This document shows positions 1 through 10,391 of a stretch of 61,925 bases of DNA, piece by piece. The DNA lies in NCBI GenBank assembly GCA_002726435.1, contig PBSV01000006.1, forward strand, positions 19,531 to 81,455. Reading direction: 5' to 3'. A program made the position numbers and the translations under genes. The DNA comes from Opitutia bacterium (GTDB lineage Bacteria; Verrucomicrobiota; Verrucomicrobiia; Opitutales; Seribacteraceae). Each line of letters opens with the position of its first letter. Position 1 is the first letter of the stretch. Below the pieces are notes generated by a model. The model did not search any database. It was not told the DNA's origin and worked only from the letters and a program-made list of their open reading frames with translations.

Positions 1-1455
1 TTGGAAAATTATTATGAGAAGCTCGCAGAGTTAAATGTCAGTCCAGATGATGGATGTTACCCGCTCGGATCATGCACGATGAAGTACAATCCTCTCCTCA
101 ACGACTGGGCTGCGGGGTTGCGGGGATTTTCTGGTGTTCACCCCCAAGCCCCTCTGGAAGATTCCCAAGGTCCACTATCAGTTCTTTTTGAAATACAGGA
201 GTGGTTTAAACAAATTACCGGCCTTCCCGGTGTTACCACTCAACCGGTTGCGGGTGCGCAAGGTGAATTAGTTGGTCTCAAGTTATTTCAAGCTTACCAT
301 CAAAAAAACAGTGAAACTAATCGAGACATTGTTTTTATCCCCAAGTCTGCTCATGGTACTAATTTTGCAACTGCGGCGATGGCTGGCTATCCCGACGGAA
401 TCGTTTACTTACAAGCTAACTCCGAAGGGACTATTGACCTGCATGATTTTCAGTCGAAGTTAGAAAAATATGGCAACAGGTTGTGCGGGGTGATGATTAC
501 AAACCCAAACACCTCTGGCATTTTTGAAGATAACTTTAGGTCAATTGCCGACCAAGTTCACAAAGCAGGCGGACTCGTTTACATGGACGGAGCAAACATG
601 AATGCAATTGCCGGAATTGTAAACCTTGACGCACTTGGTGTTGATGCCGTTCACAACAACCTTCACAAAACTTGGACAATTCCACATGGTGGGGGCGGAC
701 CCGGAGATGCGATTGTTGCGGTTTCTGAAAAATTAGTTGATTTTTTGCCAGGGAAGCAAATTGTTCTGGGTGATAACGGACAGTTTCATGCTGTCACTCC
801 TCGACATACTATTGGATCCTTCCACCGCCATTGGGGAAATTTCGCACATAAAGTCAGGGCGATCAGCTATTTGTTAAGGCTTGGCAAAGAAGGTGTGCCG
901 AGAATGTCTGCAATCGCGGTATTATCTTCTCGCTACCTCTTGGAAAGGCTGAAAAAAACCTACCTTACACTTCCTGAATTTGCCCAAGACTCTCCCCGAA
1001 TGCACGAGTTTATTCTAACATTGAGCGAAAATGAATTTTCACATCTAGAAAAGTATGGAATTCCGAAGAATCAAGCAATTCCTCAAGTTGGTAAACTGTT
1101 CCTTGATTTCGGATTCCATGCACCAACCGTTGCCTTTCCTGAAATTTACGGGCTAATGATCGAGCCTACAGAAAGTTATTCAAAATCTGAACTTGATCGG
1201 TTCGCACAAGCAGTATGTGCAATCAAGGAAATCATTATGGAAAATCCGGAAGTTTTAAAAACAGCCCCGCATTTTACTCCTATAGATAAAGTGGACGAAG
1301 TAAGTGCAAATCGCTCGCTTGTTATTGGAGAAACAATCTCACACCTGCCTCCGCTTCCTTTTAATCGAGTAAAAACATCCATTTTGATAAACCTAACAAT
1401 ACCTCAGATCAAAGAGAAAATCCTGGAAGCAGTCAACGGACTCTCGAAAGGATAA
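1..1455 (+). CDS. gcvPB: Glycine dehydrogenase (decarboxylating) subunit 2, glycine cleavage P protein; 5' end runs off the window
   Basis: YPLGSCTMKYNP, QPVAGAQGE, SAHGTNFATA, YMDGANMNA, PLP lysine motif HNNLHKTWTIPHGGGGPG, GFHAPTVAFP, MIEPTES. Confidence 0.93.
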   Translation: MENYYEKLAELNVSPDDGCYPLGSCTMKYNPLLNDWAAGLRGFSGVHPQAPLEDSQGPLSVLFEIQEWFKQITGLPGVTTQPVAGAQGELVGLKLFQAYHQKNSETNRDIVFIPKSAHGTNFATAAMAGYPDGIVYLQANSEGTIDLHDFQSKLEKYGNRLCGVMITNPNTSGIFEDNFRSIADQVHKAGGLVYMDGANMNAIAGIVNLDALGVDAVHNNLHKTWTIPHGGGGPGDAIVAVSEKLVDFLPGKQIVLGDNGQFHAVTPRHTIGSFHRHWGNFAHKVRAISYLLRLGKEGVPRMSAIAVLSSRYLLERLKKTYLTLPEFAQDSPRMHEFILTLSENEFSHLEKYGIPKNQAIPQVGKLFLDFGFHAPTVAFPEIYGLMIEPTESYSKSELDRFAQAVCAIKEIIMENPEVLKTAPHFTPIDKVDEVSANRSLVIGETISHLPPLPFNRVKTSILINLTIPQIKEKILEAVNGLSKG

Positions 1456-1493
1456 GTTTGACCCAGTGCCCTTGATTTGCATGCTAAATCCAC

Positions 1494-1739
1494 ATGTCAG
1501 ATCAAAATGATAAACCCCTGGTGTCCAAAGCTGGAATTGGTTTCGATTTAGTCCTCGCTTCATTATTCTTCTTGTTCATGCGTGAAGTTCTTGCGGGTCA
1601 TGTTCCCTCGGAAGACCCAACTGCTATAACTGTTGTTTCTACTATGTCCTCGATTGCAATGACTGGAATTTTTTGGATTGCCACAAATATGCTCCGAGTT
1701 ACCTGGGTAGACTATTCCAGAAACCGAGATCGGAAATAA
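1494..1739 (+). CDS. Small hypothetical membrane protein (2 TM)
   Basis: 81-aa ATG ORF filling the gap between gcvPB and hflX; two hydrophobic segments. Confidence 0.7.
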   Translation: MSDQNDKPLVSKAGIGFDLVLASLFFLFMREVLAGHVPSEDPTAITVVSTMSSIAMTGIFWIATNMLRVTWVDYSRNRDRK

Positions 1740-1741
1740 TT

Positions 1742-3028
1742 TTATTTTTTCTCGTAGTTTGCATATTTCTTTAATTCTTTTGCCAATTTCCCTTGAGGAA
1801 ATGCTTCCACAAGGATCCCGACTTCAGTTACCTCTTCGGACTTTAGGCAGCCTTCCTTTCGAATTCTAGAAATTATTGAATAATGACGATGGGGGATTAA
1901 GAAGCGCTTAGTTTCCATTTTTCCTTCAATAAGAAACTCAATCTTCTGATGTAGATTTATTAGTCCTTTTCCGGTATGAGAACTTATAAAATTTGCATCT
2001 TCGCATAACACATTTGCCCTCATTCGATTTGTCGTGGTTCCATCCAAATCGATTTTATTAAAAACTGTTAAAATAGTTTTTTCTTGTGCCCCCAATTCAG
2101 AAAGCACTTCTATCGTAGTTTCCATTTGTTCCTCGAAATCAGGATTTGATAAATCCACCACATGAACCAAGAAATCCGACACCAATGCCTCTTCAAGGGT
2201 TGCCCTAAAAGCATCCACAAGTCGGTGGGGTAATTTACGAATAAAACCAACTGTGTCAGTAAGAATAATAGTCTTACCACAAGGAAGTACGGTTTTTCTG
2301 CTAGTCGGGTCTAAAGTTGCAAATAACTTATTTGCGGCAAGAACGGTGGAACCACATAATGCATTTAACAGAGTTGATTTTCCCGCATTTGTATACCCAA
2401 CGAGTGCAAGAGTCGGCAGGGGTATCCGGTGTCTTTTCTTACGGCTTGTTTCTCTACGAGTTGCCACTTGGACAATTTCCCTCTTTGTTTTTGCAATTTT
2501 ATCCCTCAGCATTCGCTGATCTAATTCAATTTGAGCCTCACCTTCGCCTCGCTGAGTTACTCCTCCTCCCCGTTGACGATCCAAGTGAGTCCAGGCACGT
2601 CGCATTCTGGGCAATGAGTATTCCAAGCGGGCTAAACGCACTTGAAGACTTGCTTCCTTGGTCTGAGCACGCTCTGCAAAAACATCCAAAATAACTTCGT
2701 GTCGATCAATTACTAGGACATTACTTGCTTCTTCCCAATTCCTTTGCTGGCTTGGCGAAATTTCGTTGTCAAAAATAATGACATCGCAATTTTGGGACTG
2801 GACATCTTTGAGGAGCTGCTCAAATTTTCCTTTCCCAATAAGGTGCCCGGGGAAAGTTTTACGGGTGCGAACCACATGCTTACAAACAATTTCAATCCCA
2901 AGGTTCGAGACTAATTCTTCTAATTCATTAAGGAGTGATTCTGCTTCACTGCGTTCGGTTTCGCGTAAAATAACCGACAATAAATAAGCTCTTTCAACAA
3001 GCCTTGGTTTCTCCTTTACTTCAAACAT
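1742..3028 (-). CDS. hflX: GTPase HflX
   Basis: IDRHEVILDVFAERAQTKEASLQV, G1 GYTNAGKST, LFATLDPT, G3 DTVGF, G4 NKID; ATG at 3028 (TTG at 3031 is the alternative). Confidence 0.96.
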   Translation of the reverse strand: MFEVKEKPRLVERAYLLSVILRETERSEAESLLNELEELVSNLGIEIVCKHVVRTRKTFPGHLIGKGKFEQLLKDVQSQNCDVIIFDNEISPSQQRNWEEASNVLVIDRHEVILDVFAERAQTKEASLQVRLARLEYSLPRMRRAWTHLDRQRGGGVTQRGEGEAQIELDQRMLRDKIAKTKREIVQVATRRETSRKKRHRIPLPTLALVGYTNAGKSTLLNALCGSTVLAANKLFATLDPTSRKTVLPCGKTIILTDTVGFIRKLPHRLVDAFRATLEEALVSDFLVHVVDLSNPDFEEQMETTIEVLSELGAQEKTILTVFNKIDLDGTTTNRMRANVLCEDANFISSHTGKGLINLHQKIEFLIEGKMETKRFLIPHRHYSIISRIRKEGCLKSEEVTEVGILVEAFPQGKLAKELKKYANYEKK

Positions 3029-3046
3029 CAATCAAAGAAGTTCACC

Positions 3047-3086
3047 AAAAAAGACAAAGGGTTCGAGCGTTTCCACTCGAACCCCT
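3047..3086 (-). terminator. Rho-independent terminator after ppdK
   Basis: Minus strand reads GGGTTCGAGTG-GAAA-CGCTCGAACCC followed by TTTGTCTTTTTT, just downstream of the ppdK stop. Confidence 0.85.
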
Positions 3087-3113
3087 AATTTGAAAAATTT
3101 TAAACAAATTCTC

Positions 3114-5897
3114 TCAGCTGACTGCGGCCTGTGCGGCAGCTAAACGAGCAGTCGGCACCCTGAACGGAGAGCAACTTACATAATTCAGGCCAATATTATG
3201 ACAAAAAACTACGCTCTTGGGATCGCCTCCATGCTCCCCGCATATCCCAAGCTTTATGCCTCGGCGGGAAGACTTTCCCTTTTTCACAGCGATTTCCATT
3301 AACTGTCCCACCCCACTCTGGTCTACGCTCGCAAATGGATTGGCATCAACAATATCGAGCTCAGTGTAGTTGGGTAGAAAACTTCCAGAATCATCACGAC
3401 TCATACCCATGGTCGTTTGGGTCAAATCATTAGTTCCAAAACTGAAAAACTGAGCGGTTTTTGCGATTTCGTCTGCAACTAAGGCAGCCCTAGGAATTTC
3501 TATCATGGTTCCAACCAAGTACTTGACTTTTTCACCCTTGGCTTCGAAAACTTTTTTCGCAGTTTCATGAATGATTTCAACTTGCAACTCCAATTCCTTT
3601 GGAAAACCTACAAGAGGTACCATAATTTCTGGGTTCACTTCAATTCCACTCTTTTGTACAAGAATAGCCGCTTCCAAAATGGCTTGGGTTTGCATCTCAG
3701 TAATTTCGGAGTAGGAAATTCCAAGTCTGCATCCTCGATGTCCAAGCATTGGATTAAACTCATGCAGGTCCTCAACCCGCTTTTTGATTGAAGCCAAAGT
3801 GACTCCTAATTTCTTAGCGAGGTCACGTTGTGCGTTGTTATCGTGAGGCAAAAACTCGTGCAAGGGAGGATCGAGTAAGCGAATTGTTGCAGGTCTTCCT
3901 TCCAGGGTTTTGAAGATGCCCTGAAAGTCTTTTCTTTGATAAGGAAGCAGTTTCTTCAGTGCTTTCCTACGAGCTGGTTCATCCTCAGCAAGAATCATTT
4001 GGCGCATTGCATCAATTCTGTTTCCTTCGAAAAACATGTGTTCGGTGCGACACAATCCAATTCCTGAAGCTCCAAAAGCAATTGCATTGGCAACTTGAGA
4101 AGGTGAGTCAGCATTTGTTCGGACAGACATTTTTGTGGCTTTTTCGCACCATTCCATCAACTGTGAAAAGAATTGAAAGTCCTTGCTTCCTTTGGGATTT
4201 AACTTCTTTTCAACTAAAACTTGAATGATCTCAGAGGGAGCAGTTTTGAGCTCTCCAGCGAAAATCTCACCAGTTGTTCCATTAATCGACATGTAGTCAC
4301 CTTCCTTGAAAGTTTTCCCGTCAACTTTGACAGTTCTGGCTTGGTAATCGACGTCCAATTCAGCAGCTCCACAAACACAAACCTTACCCATTTGGCGGGC
4401 GACAAGTGCAGCATGCGAGGAAACTCCACCTCGTGCTGTAAGAATACCTTCCGCAGCAATCATTCCCCTCAAATCCTCGGGCGAAGTTTCTTGACGAACA
4501 AGTAAAACACTTCCTTTTTTTGCAGCCTCCACGGCACGATCAGCATTGAGGCAAATTCTTCCTGATGCCGCACCCGGACCCGCTGGTAATCCCTTACACA
4601 AGCGACTGGCAGCTTTTTGAGCTGCAGCGTCAAAAACTGGGGCAAGAACTTGATCCAATTGTTCGGCGGGTACTCGAGTAATCGCAGTTTTCCAATCGAT
4701 AAGTCTTTCCTTCACCATTTCTGCAGCGATCCGAAGTGCCGCTAGACCAGTGCGTTTACCATTTCGAGTCTGCAACATGTAAAGCTTTTCATTTTCGATG
4801 GTAAATTCAAAATCTTGCATATCCTTGAAATGCTTTTCCAGTTTTTTCTGCACCAGCTCTAATTCCTTGAAAGGTTTTGGAAGAACCCGCTTCATTTTAG
4901 CGACGGGATGAGGCGTGCGAACACCTGCCACAACATCTTCTCCTTGGGCGTCAGTTAAAAATTCACCATAGAGAACTTTCTGGCCACTTGCTGGGTCACG
5001 AGTAAAGGCAACACCAGAACCAGATTTTTTTCCGGTATTTCCGAATACCATGGCCTGAACATTCACTGCCGTTCCCCATTCTGCGGGAATTCCGTATTTT
5101 CTGCGGTATACAATAGCACGGTCATTCATCCAGGAACTAAAAACTGCTCCGACCGAACCATCCAATTGCTTCCATGGACAGGTGGGGAAGTCTTGACCAG
5201 ATCTTTTCTTAACCAACTTCTTAAAACGGTCAACTAGCTCCTTCATTTGTGAGGAAGAGATCCTCGAATCATCCACCTCTCCTTTATCCTTAGGGAAAAC
5301 CTCTTTTTTAAAATCTTCGATTAGCGCTTCAAAGGGGTCGTGGTCTTCAGTAGGTAGTTTTTGTACTCCCATTACCACATCACCGTACATTTGGATAAAT
5401 CTACGGTAACAATCCCAAGCAAACCTTTCATTACCCGAAGAGGTGGCTAATGCTTCCACTGTCTCGTCATTCAATCCAAGATTCAGAATCGTATCCATCA
5501 TTCCGGGCATAGAGTCCCTTGCTCCAGAGCGAACAGAGAGAAGGAGCGGATTTTTTAGATCACCTAACTTCTTGCCTAGTTGTTTCTCCATCAACGCAAC
5601 TGAAGTTCGGATTTGATCGTCAAGAATTTTAGGATAAGATTTTTTATGTGAATAAAAATAGGTGCATACTTCGGTGGATATTGTAAATCCTGGAGGTACG
5701 GGTAATCCGATTTTAGCCATCTCCGCAAGATTGGCTCCCTTTCCTCCAAGCAGTTCTTTTTGCTTCGCATCACCGTCAGTCTTTTTGCCAAAGTCGTAGA
5801 CATATTTTTTTGCGTTCGAATTAGAGGAAGATGATGATTTCGTCTTCTTGGTGTTTGTTTTGCTCTTGGCTTGTTTTGCCTTCTTTTTTTGTGCCAT
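3114..5897 (-). CDS. ppdK: Pyruvate, phosphate dikinase
   Basis: [28 protein letters not shown], phospho-His motif [43 protein letters not shown]. Confidence 0.98.
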   Translation of the reverse strand: MAQKKKAKQAKSKTNTKKTKSSSSSNSNAKKYVYDFGKKTDGDAKQKELLGGKGANLAEMAKIGLPVPPGFTISTEVCTYFYSHKKSYPKILDDQIRTSVALMEKQLGKKLGDLKNPLLLSVRSGARDSMPGMMDTILNLGLNDETVEALATSSGNERFAWDCYRRFIQMYGDVVMGVQKLPTEDHDPFEALIEDFKKEVFPKDKGEVDDSRISSSQMKELVDRFKKLVKKRSGQDFPTCPWKQLDGSVGAVFSSWMNDRAIVYRRKYGIPAEWGTAVNVQAMVFGNTGKKSGSGVAFTRDPASGQKVLYGEFLTDAQGEDVVAGVRTPHPVAKMKRVLPKPFKELELVQKKLEKHFKDMQDFEFTIENEKLYMLQTRNGKRTGLAALRIAAEMVKERLIDWKTAITRVPAEQLDQVLAPVFDAAAQKAASRLCKGLPAGPGAASGRICLNADRAVEAAKKGSVLLVRQETSPEDLRGMIAAEGILTARGGVSSHAALVARQMGKVCVCGAAELDVDYQARTVKVDGKTFKEGDYMSINGTTGEIFAGELKTAPSEIIQVLVEKKLNPKGSKDFQFFSQLMEWCEKATKMSVRTNADSPSQVANAIAFGASGIGLCRTEHMFFEGNRIDAMRQMILAEDEPARRKALKKLLPYQRKDFQGIFKTLEGRPATIRLLDPPLHEFLPHDNNAQRDLAKKLGVTLASIKKRVEDLHEFNPMLGHRGCRLGISYSEITEMQTQAILEAAILVQKSGIEVNPEIMVPLVGFPKELELQVEIIHETAKKVFEAKGEKVKYLVGTMIEIPRAALVADEIAKTAQFFSFGTNDLTQTTMGMSRDDSGSFLPNYTELDIVDANPFASVDQSGVGQLMEIAVKKGKSSRRGIKLGICGEHGGDPKSVVFCHNIGLNYVSCSPFRVPTARLAAAQAAVS

Positions 5898-6129
5898 TTT
5901 GAGGTTTTGGTTAGCGACTTGTGTTTACCAATCATTTGCGAAGAGCAATTTGATTGAAAATGGAGGAGAAATACATCGTATTTTTTTAAAACTTTGTCAA
6001 TGTATGACTTCGATAGCATCCAAGGGATTTACAGATTTTGGATTCTTTTAAATGGACGAATACTTCAGAACCAGACATGATAAAGACACCTTTTGTCTCT
6101 TTCATTCATTGACTCCATAAGGCAATCAA

Positions 6130-7548
6130 ATGAGCAATCCCACATCCAAAAAAAATCCAAAAAGTTTTGGTGAAAAATTTATGAGCGAGGGACTTACTGG
6201 CATTCTTCGTCGAAAAAAAACCCTTGATTCCAGCAGAAATCCAAACGAAATGCACTTCCTCGAGCATTTGGAAGAACTACGATGGGTAATCCTCAAAGCG
6301 ATTTTAGTTTTTATTGCCGGATGTTTAGGCGTAGCAATTTTCCTGCAGGATTCTGCAAAAGTTCTTCAGGTTCCACTAATTAAAGCCGTTGAAGACTTTG
6401 GTGAGATACAAGTGGATCTCCAGAGCATAGGAATGGATCAATACATTCAACCTCTAGTTGAAAAAAATATTGATTTAAGTAAACTTCGAAAAGCAAAAGA
6501 ATCCGACCTTCTTAAATGGGGAATTTCCGACCCGCATCATCAAACTCGAATACTAACTCATTTTTCTGACGGTAGAAATCGAAATCTACTGCAAGTAATT
6601 CGCTCCTTTTCTCCAATTTTCATTGCAATGAAAATTTGTTTTTTAGGCGGACTTGGTATTTCTCTTCCCCTGATTCTGTATTTCATAGGCAGCTTTGTCG
6701 TCCCTGGACTTACCCCTCAGGAAAAAAGAATCTTTTTCCCAGGCTGCGTAGCTGCCACCTTTCTTTTTCTCTCAGGGGCGTCAATGACTTATTTCCTGAT
6801 TCTCCCGTACTCGCTGGCATTTACCATTGAATTTTCATTCAACATTTTGGGCCTGGAAGTCTACCGTCCGGAGGCTGGAAACTACTACAGCATGGTAATA
6901 TGGATGACATTTGCCGTAGGGGTTGCGTTTCAATTCCCACTAGTTTTAATTCTGATGATAAGAATAGGTGTACTTTCCACCAGTCAATTACGTAAGAATC
7001 GAAGGATTGTTTTGGTCGTAATTATGGTAGTGGCGGCATTTATTACTCCCGGTGGAGATCCGGTAAGTTTGTCGATTCTGAGTATTCCTCTCTATTTTCT
7101 TTACGAATTAGCAATCTTCGCAGGTGCATTTGTGGAAAAAAATAAAGCACTTCGAGAATGGAACGAATGGGATGTTTCCATACAAGGACCTCGTCCCCAA
7201 AAACCTAAAAAGAATAATCACAGTGTATTTGCCTACATTGTCATTCTATCTGCGATCTCCATTGCCGGTATTTTTTACATCGTTTACTCCAATCAAATTA
7301 ATCAATGGTCTAGTAATACTTTTCAGTTCTTTTTTAGTGAACCAGTAAAACCAGTTTCATCGAAACCAAAGACAATTTCAGTCCAGAGTATTAAAACTAA
7401 AACAGAACAAAAAAGTGATCTTAGAGTGTTTTCTTTCGAAGAGGAATTCATGCTTGAATTAACTCCAATCGGATCAGATTTAAACGGCTCCAAAATAAAT
7501 GAATTAAATAGGACGCAAACATTTCTCGCAGTGCCTAGAAAAAAGTAA
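6130..7548 (+). CDS. tatC: Twin-arginine translocase subunit TatC, atypically long (SAM-like insertion and C-terminal extension)
   Basis: HLEELRWVI, FVVPGLTPQEKR, AFQFP, AAFITPGGDPVS, LYELAI; six core TM segments; 472 aa versus about 250 aa typical. Confidence 0.92.
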   Translation: MSNPTSKKNPKSFGEKFMSEGLTGILRRKKTLDSSRNPNEMHFLEHLEELRWVILKAILVFIAGCLGVAIFLQDSAKVLQVPLIKAVEDFGEIQVDLQSIGMDQYIQPLVEKNIDLSKLRKAKESDLLKWGISDPHHQTRILTHFSDGRNRNLLQVIRSFSPIFIAMKICFLGGLGISLPLILYFIGSFVVPGLTPQEKRIFFPGCVAATFLFLSGASMTYFLILPYSLAFTIEFSFNILGLEVYRPEAGNYYSMVIWMTFAVGVAFQFPLVLILMIRIGVLSTSQLRKNRRIVLVVIMVVAAFITPGGDPVSLSILSIPLYFLYELAIFAGAFVEKNKALREWNEWDVSIQGPRPQKPKKNNHSVFAYIVILSAISIAGIFYIVYSNQINQWSSNTFQFFFSEPVKPVSSKPKTISVQSIKTKTEQKSDLRVFSFEEEFMLELTPIGSDLNGSKINELNRTQTFLAVPRKK

Positions 7549-7599
7549 TTCTTCTCCAATTATCTTGCCACCCTGTTTTCAACCATAAAACATGGCGGA

Positions 7600-8040
7600 G
7601 TGAAAAAAAATCAAATGATTCGAATGGGTAAGCAGCTCAAATTTCTACGAAAAAAGACTGGTCTCACCCAACCTGAACTTGCTCGTGCAAGCGGGGTGAC
7701 GACTTCAATAGTAAACGACTTGGAAAATGGTATAAGGACCGCTGGAAGTAAAACCCTGGACAAAATTGCCCGCGGATTGGAATTGCATGACAAAGAACGC
7801 TTTTTACTTTTGCTCAATGGTCTGTCTTTATCAAAAAGAGATTTTCTAATTCCAGATTTTTCTTCTTACTCCCCAGAATTGCTGAATTTTTTGCCTTATG
7901 TTTTATTCCGCTCCGGCATCAAACCAGAAAACATTAGCAATATAGAATTACCCGATTCCAACAGAAAAAATTTGGAAATCACCCTGAAATCAAAACAAAC
8001 CCTCAGTTTGGAAATCCGATTGGCCCAAACTAGCAAATAA
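7600..8040 (+). CDS. XRE-family helix-turn-helix transcriptional regulator
   Basis: LKFLRKKTGLTQPELARASGVTTSIVNDLENG...LDKIARGL is a canonical HTH_3 pattern; GTG start. Confidence 0.88.
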   Translation: MKKNQMIRMGKQLKFLRKKTGLTQPELARASGVTTSIVNDLENGIRTAGSKTLDKIARGLELHDKERFLLLLNGLSLSKRDFLIPDFSSYSPELLNFLPYVLFRSGIKPENISNIELPDSNRKNLEITLKSKQTLSLEIRLAQTSK

Positions 8041-8050
8041 TTTTTGAATC

Positions 8051-8437
8051 ATGAATGTCGTGCGACTGGATCGATGGCTTTGGTCGGTTCGAGCCTACAA
8101 GACAAGAACTTTGGCCACTGATGCATGCAAAAGGAAATGGATTACGGTTAATGGAATTAACTCCAAACCTTCGAAAGAAATACGAACAGGCGACCTAATA
8201 ACCATGAAAAAAGGACCCATTGAAATAAAGGTGCGTGTTCTTGCTATCCTGGAGAGAAGAATTTCTGCTTCAAAAGTTAAAGATTTCCTCGAAGACTTAA
8301 CTCCAAGTGAGGTCTATGAAGAATTAAAGCGAAAAGATTTCGAAAGGAACCTTGGGAAATCGCTTGCCACTCGCAAAGGCAGGCCTTCCAAAAAACAAAG
8401 GCGTGACCTTGAGGAATTTCTTTATCAAGGTGAATAA
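8051..8437 (+). CDS. hslR: RNA-binding S4 domain protein, Hsp15/HslR family
   Basis: RLDRWLWSVRAYKTRTLATDAC, KPSKEIRTGD, C-terminal GRPSKKQRRDL. Confidence 0.9.
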   Translation: MNVVRLDRWLWSVRAYKTRTLATDACKRKWITVNGINSKPSKEIRTGDLITMKKGPIEIKVRVLAILERRISASKVKDFLEDLTPSEVYEELKRKDFERNLGKSLATRKGRPSKKQRRDLEEFLYQGE

Positions 8438-8639
8438 CAAATAATTGTGCAAGCTCAGGACATAGAAATTGTTTTTTAAAAGCTCAGAATTCCGGAAAAA
8501 ACTGGGTATCCTTTCCGTAAAAGTTTTAATCTATACTCCTTAGAGTTTTTAGCATTTAGAATTACTCTTTCGAAGGTGATTTTTGGAATGAAGAAAAACC
8601 ACTTGCCACAAACAAAGCTGATGGGCATTACATAATTTG

Positions 8640-10349
8640 ATGAATAAGACTTGTTTTCCACTTCTTGCACTGACTTTTGCATTGTGTTTTTCTTCGTGCA
8701 TAAAATCGTTACCCACTCGTTCCCCGGAATCTGACCAAACCGTAATGCTGCACTGGCTTAGTTCTGATCAAGAAGGAATAATCAGAAATACGGGCGGTGA
8801 CCAAAATTCAACGGAAAAAGCAAAGCCTTACTCTGGAAAGGCAATTGAAACTTTTGAGCAAAGCCCCACCAAATCAGTTTCTTCCTGGGAAAACGGGAAG
8901 AAAGAAGGAGAAACTATTGAGTTCTTTTACAACGGCAGAAAAAGAAGGGTCATTAATTATTCTGAAGGAATTAGGGATGGAGTATCCAAAGAATTTCGTA
9001 TAACAGGCGAATTACTAAGGGAAGAAAATTACCAAGCAGGAAAACTCGAGGGCCTGAAAAGCGAATGGCATCCCAATGGGCAAAAGATAATGGAAGTTAC
9101 CATGAAAGAAGGACTTCCCCACGGTGAATCTAAAGAGTGGTATTTAGACGGGAACCCCAAGTCATCGACAATATACAGGCATGGTTTACGCGAAGGCCCA
9201 GCATCTGAATGGTACACAACAGGACAACGAAAGCTTGGCTTATTTTATCAAAAGGACAAGCAACACGGACTGCGTACAATTTGGTATGAAAATGGACAGC
9301 AAAGATTGATCGCTCAATTTAATGATGATAAAATGGAGGGAAACTCCAAAGGTTGGTTTCCAGACGGGCAGCAACAATTTGAATACAATTTTAGAAACAA
9401 CCAAGAACACGGCATCTGCACGGAATGGAATCAAAAAGGAGAAAGAGTTTCTGAACTTCGATTTGTGGATGGGGCTCCTGTGCAAGATCTTTTAACTGGA
9501 AAAAGAGTCAGCCCCATTACAAACAACGATAAATCCAATGATATTTTACCTAACCAACCTCCGATTTCCGAGGATTCCTCTAAAAAAGGAAACGTCAAAA
9601 ATATTAGCTTGGGAGAACCAATTCCAGAGAGAAATTCTACTGATTCTGCTCTCCCTTCAGTTCAACTTGTTGATCCAGCAACATCAACCCTCTCCCCCGT
9701 CAAAGAGAAAATTATCTCTCCTCTCAAACCTCCCACAGGTGTTCCAGACATTGAATTAAAATCCCCATCACCTCCCGACAATTCACCCGTTGAACTCAAT
9801 CCTTTTAATTCTTCCGTTTTGCCTCCATCTCCTCCTCTCCTGCCTCCGCCACCACCAGCCTTTCCTCCACCGCCAACCATGCCTCCTTCAAGCAACCCCG
9901 AACAAGAAAAGACAGCCAGCGACAAGTCCATTATTAACGGTCCTTCTCCTATTGTACCTCAACAAGGCCTAAATCCATTCAATTCAGTGCCTACCAGATC
10001 GCCTAAACAGCCTCCACCACCTCTTCCTCCGAAAATTATGCCAATTTCTTCTTCTCCAAAGACAGAAACCGGTGAAATGGATCAGTTCAATCCCTTTGAT
10101 TCTGCTCCTCTTCCACCGTTGCAAAACAGTGAAAATCTCAATCAGGCTTCTCAAAAAGTTAACCCCTTTAACGGTATTCCTCCAGTCAAGGACACAAATA
10201 ATACTCCACCCCAACTGAATCCTTTTGATAATGCGGGCGAGATCGAAAAGGATGCATCTGCGATCCCATTAGGAGATATTTTTAACGCTCAACCCAATAC
10301 CTCCACCGAAGAAGCTAATCCCTTTGATCTTCCACTTCCAGGTCAATAG
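8640..10349 (+). CDS. Lipoprotein with MORN-variant (YwqK-like) repeats and a Pro-rich NPF-repeat tail
   Basis: Lipobox FSS-C; about eight 24-aa repeats of type YxxGxxEGxxxEWYxNG; C-terminal ~280 aa Pro-rich with six NPF motifs. Confidence 0.85.
   Translation: MNKTCFPLLALTFALCFSSCIKSLPTRSPESDQTVMLHWLSSDQEGIIRNTGGDQNSTEKAKPYSGKAIETFEQSPTKSVSSWENGKKEGETIEFFYNGRKRRVINYSEGIRDGVSKEFRITGELLREENYQAGKLEGLKSEWHPNGQKIMEVTMKEGLPHGESKEWYLDGNPKSSTIYRHGLREGPASEWYTTGQRKLGLFYQKDKQHGLRTIWYENGQQRLIAQFNDDKMEGNSKGWFPDGQQQFEYNFRNNQEHGICTEWNQKGERVSELRFVDGAPVQDLLTGKRVSPITNNDKSNDILPNQPPISEDSSKKGNVKNISLGEPIPERNSTDSALPSVQLVDPATSTLSPVKEKIISPLKPPTGVPDIELKSPSPPDNSPVELNPFNSSVLPPSPPLLPPPPPAFPPPPTMPPSSNPEQEKTASDKSIINGPSPIVPQQGLNPFNSVPTRSPKQPPPPLPPKIMPISSSPKTETGEMDQFNPFDSAPLPPLQNSENLNQASQKVNPFNGIPPVKDTNNTPPQLNPFDNAGEIEKDASAIPLGDIFNAQPNTSTEEANPFDLPLPGQ
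9795..10328 (+). repeat. Dispersed peptide repeat xNPF[ND], six copies, in Pro-rich tail
   Basis: LNPFN, LNPFN, FNPFD, VNPFN, LNPFD, ANPFD in the translated 8640..10349 ORF. Confidence 0.85.
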
Positions 10350-10391
10350 TATGAGATGTACCTGGGTTTTAGTAAAACCTTCCAAATGGAT

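Noticed and set aside
5815-5897. Lys/Ser-rich N-terminal extension of PPDK
   Set aside because: Short low-complexity leader with no evidence of separate function.
8438-8636. 200-bp gap containing a 68-aa minus-strand ORF
   Set aside because: It overlaps the lipoprotein start and promoter, is AT-rich and shows no homology cues.
8780-9480. YwqK-like repeats as evidence of a toxin-antitoxin module
   Set aside because: No adjacent toxin gene; MORN-variant repeats are widespread in lipoproteins.
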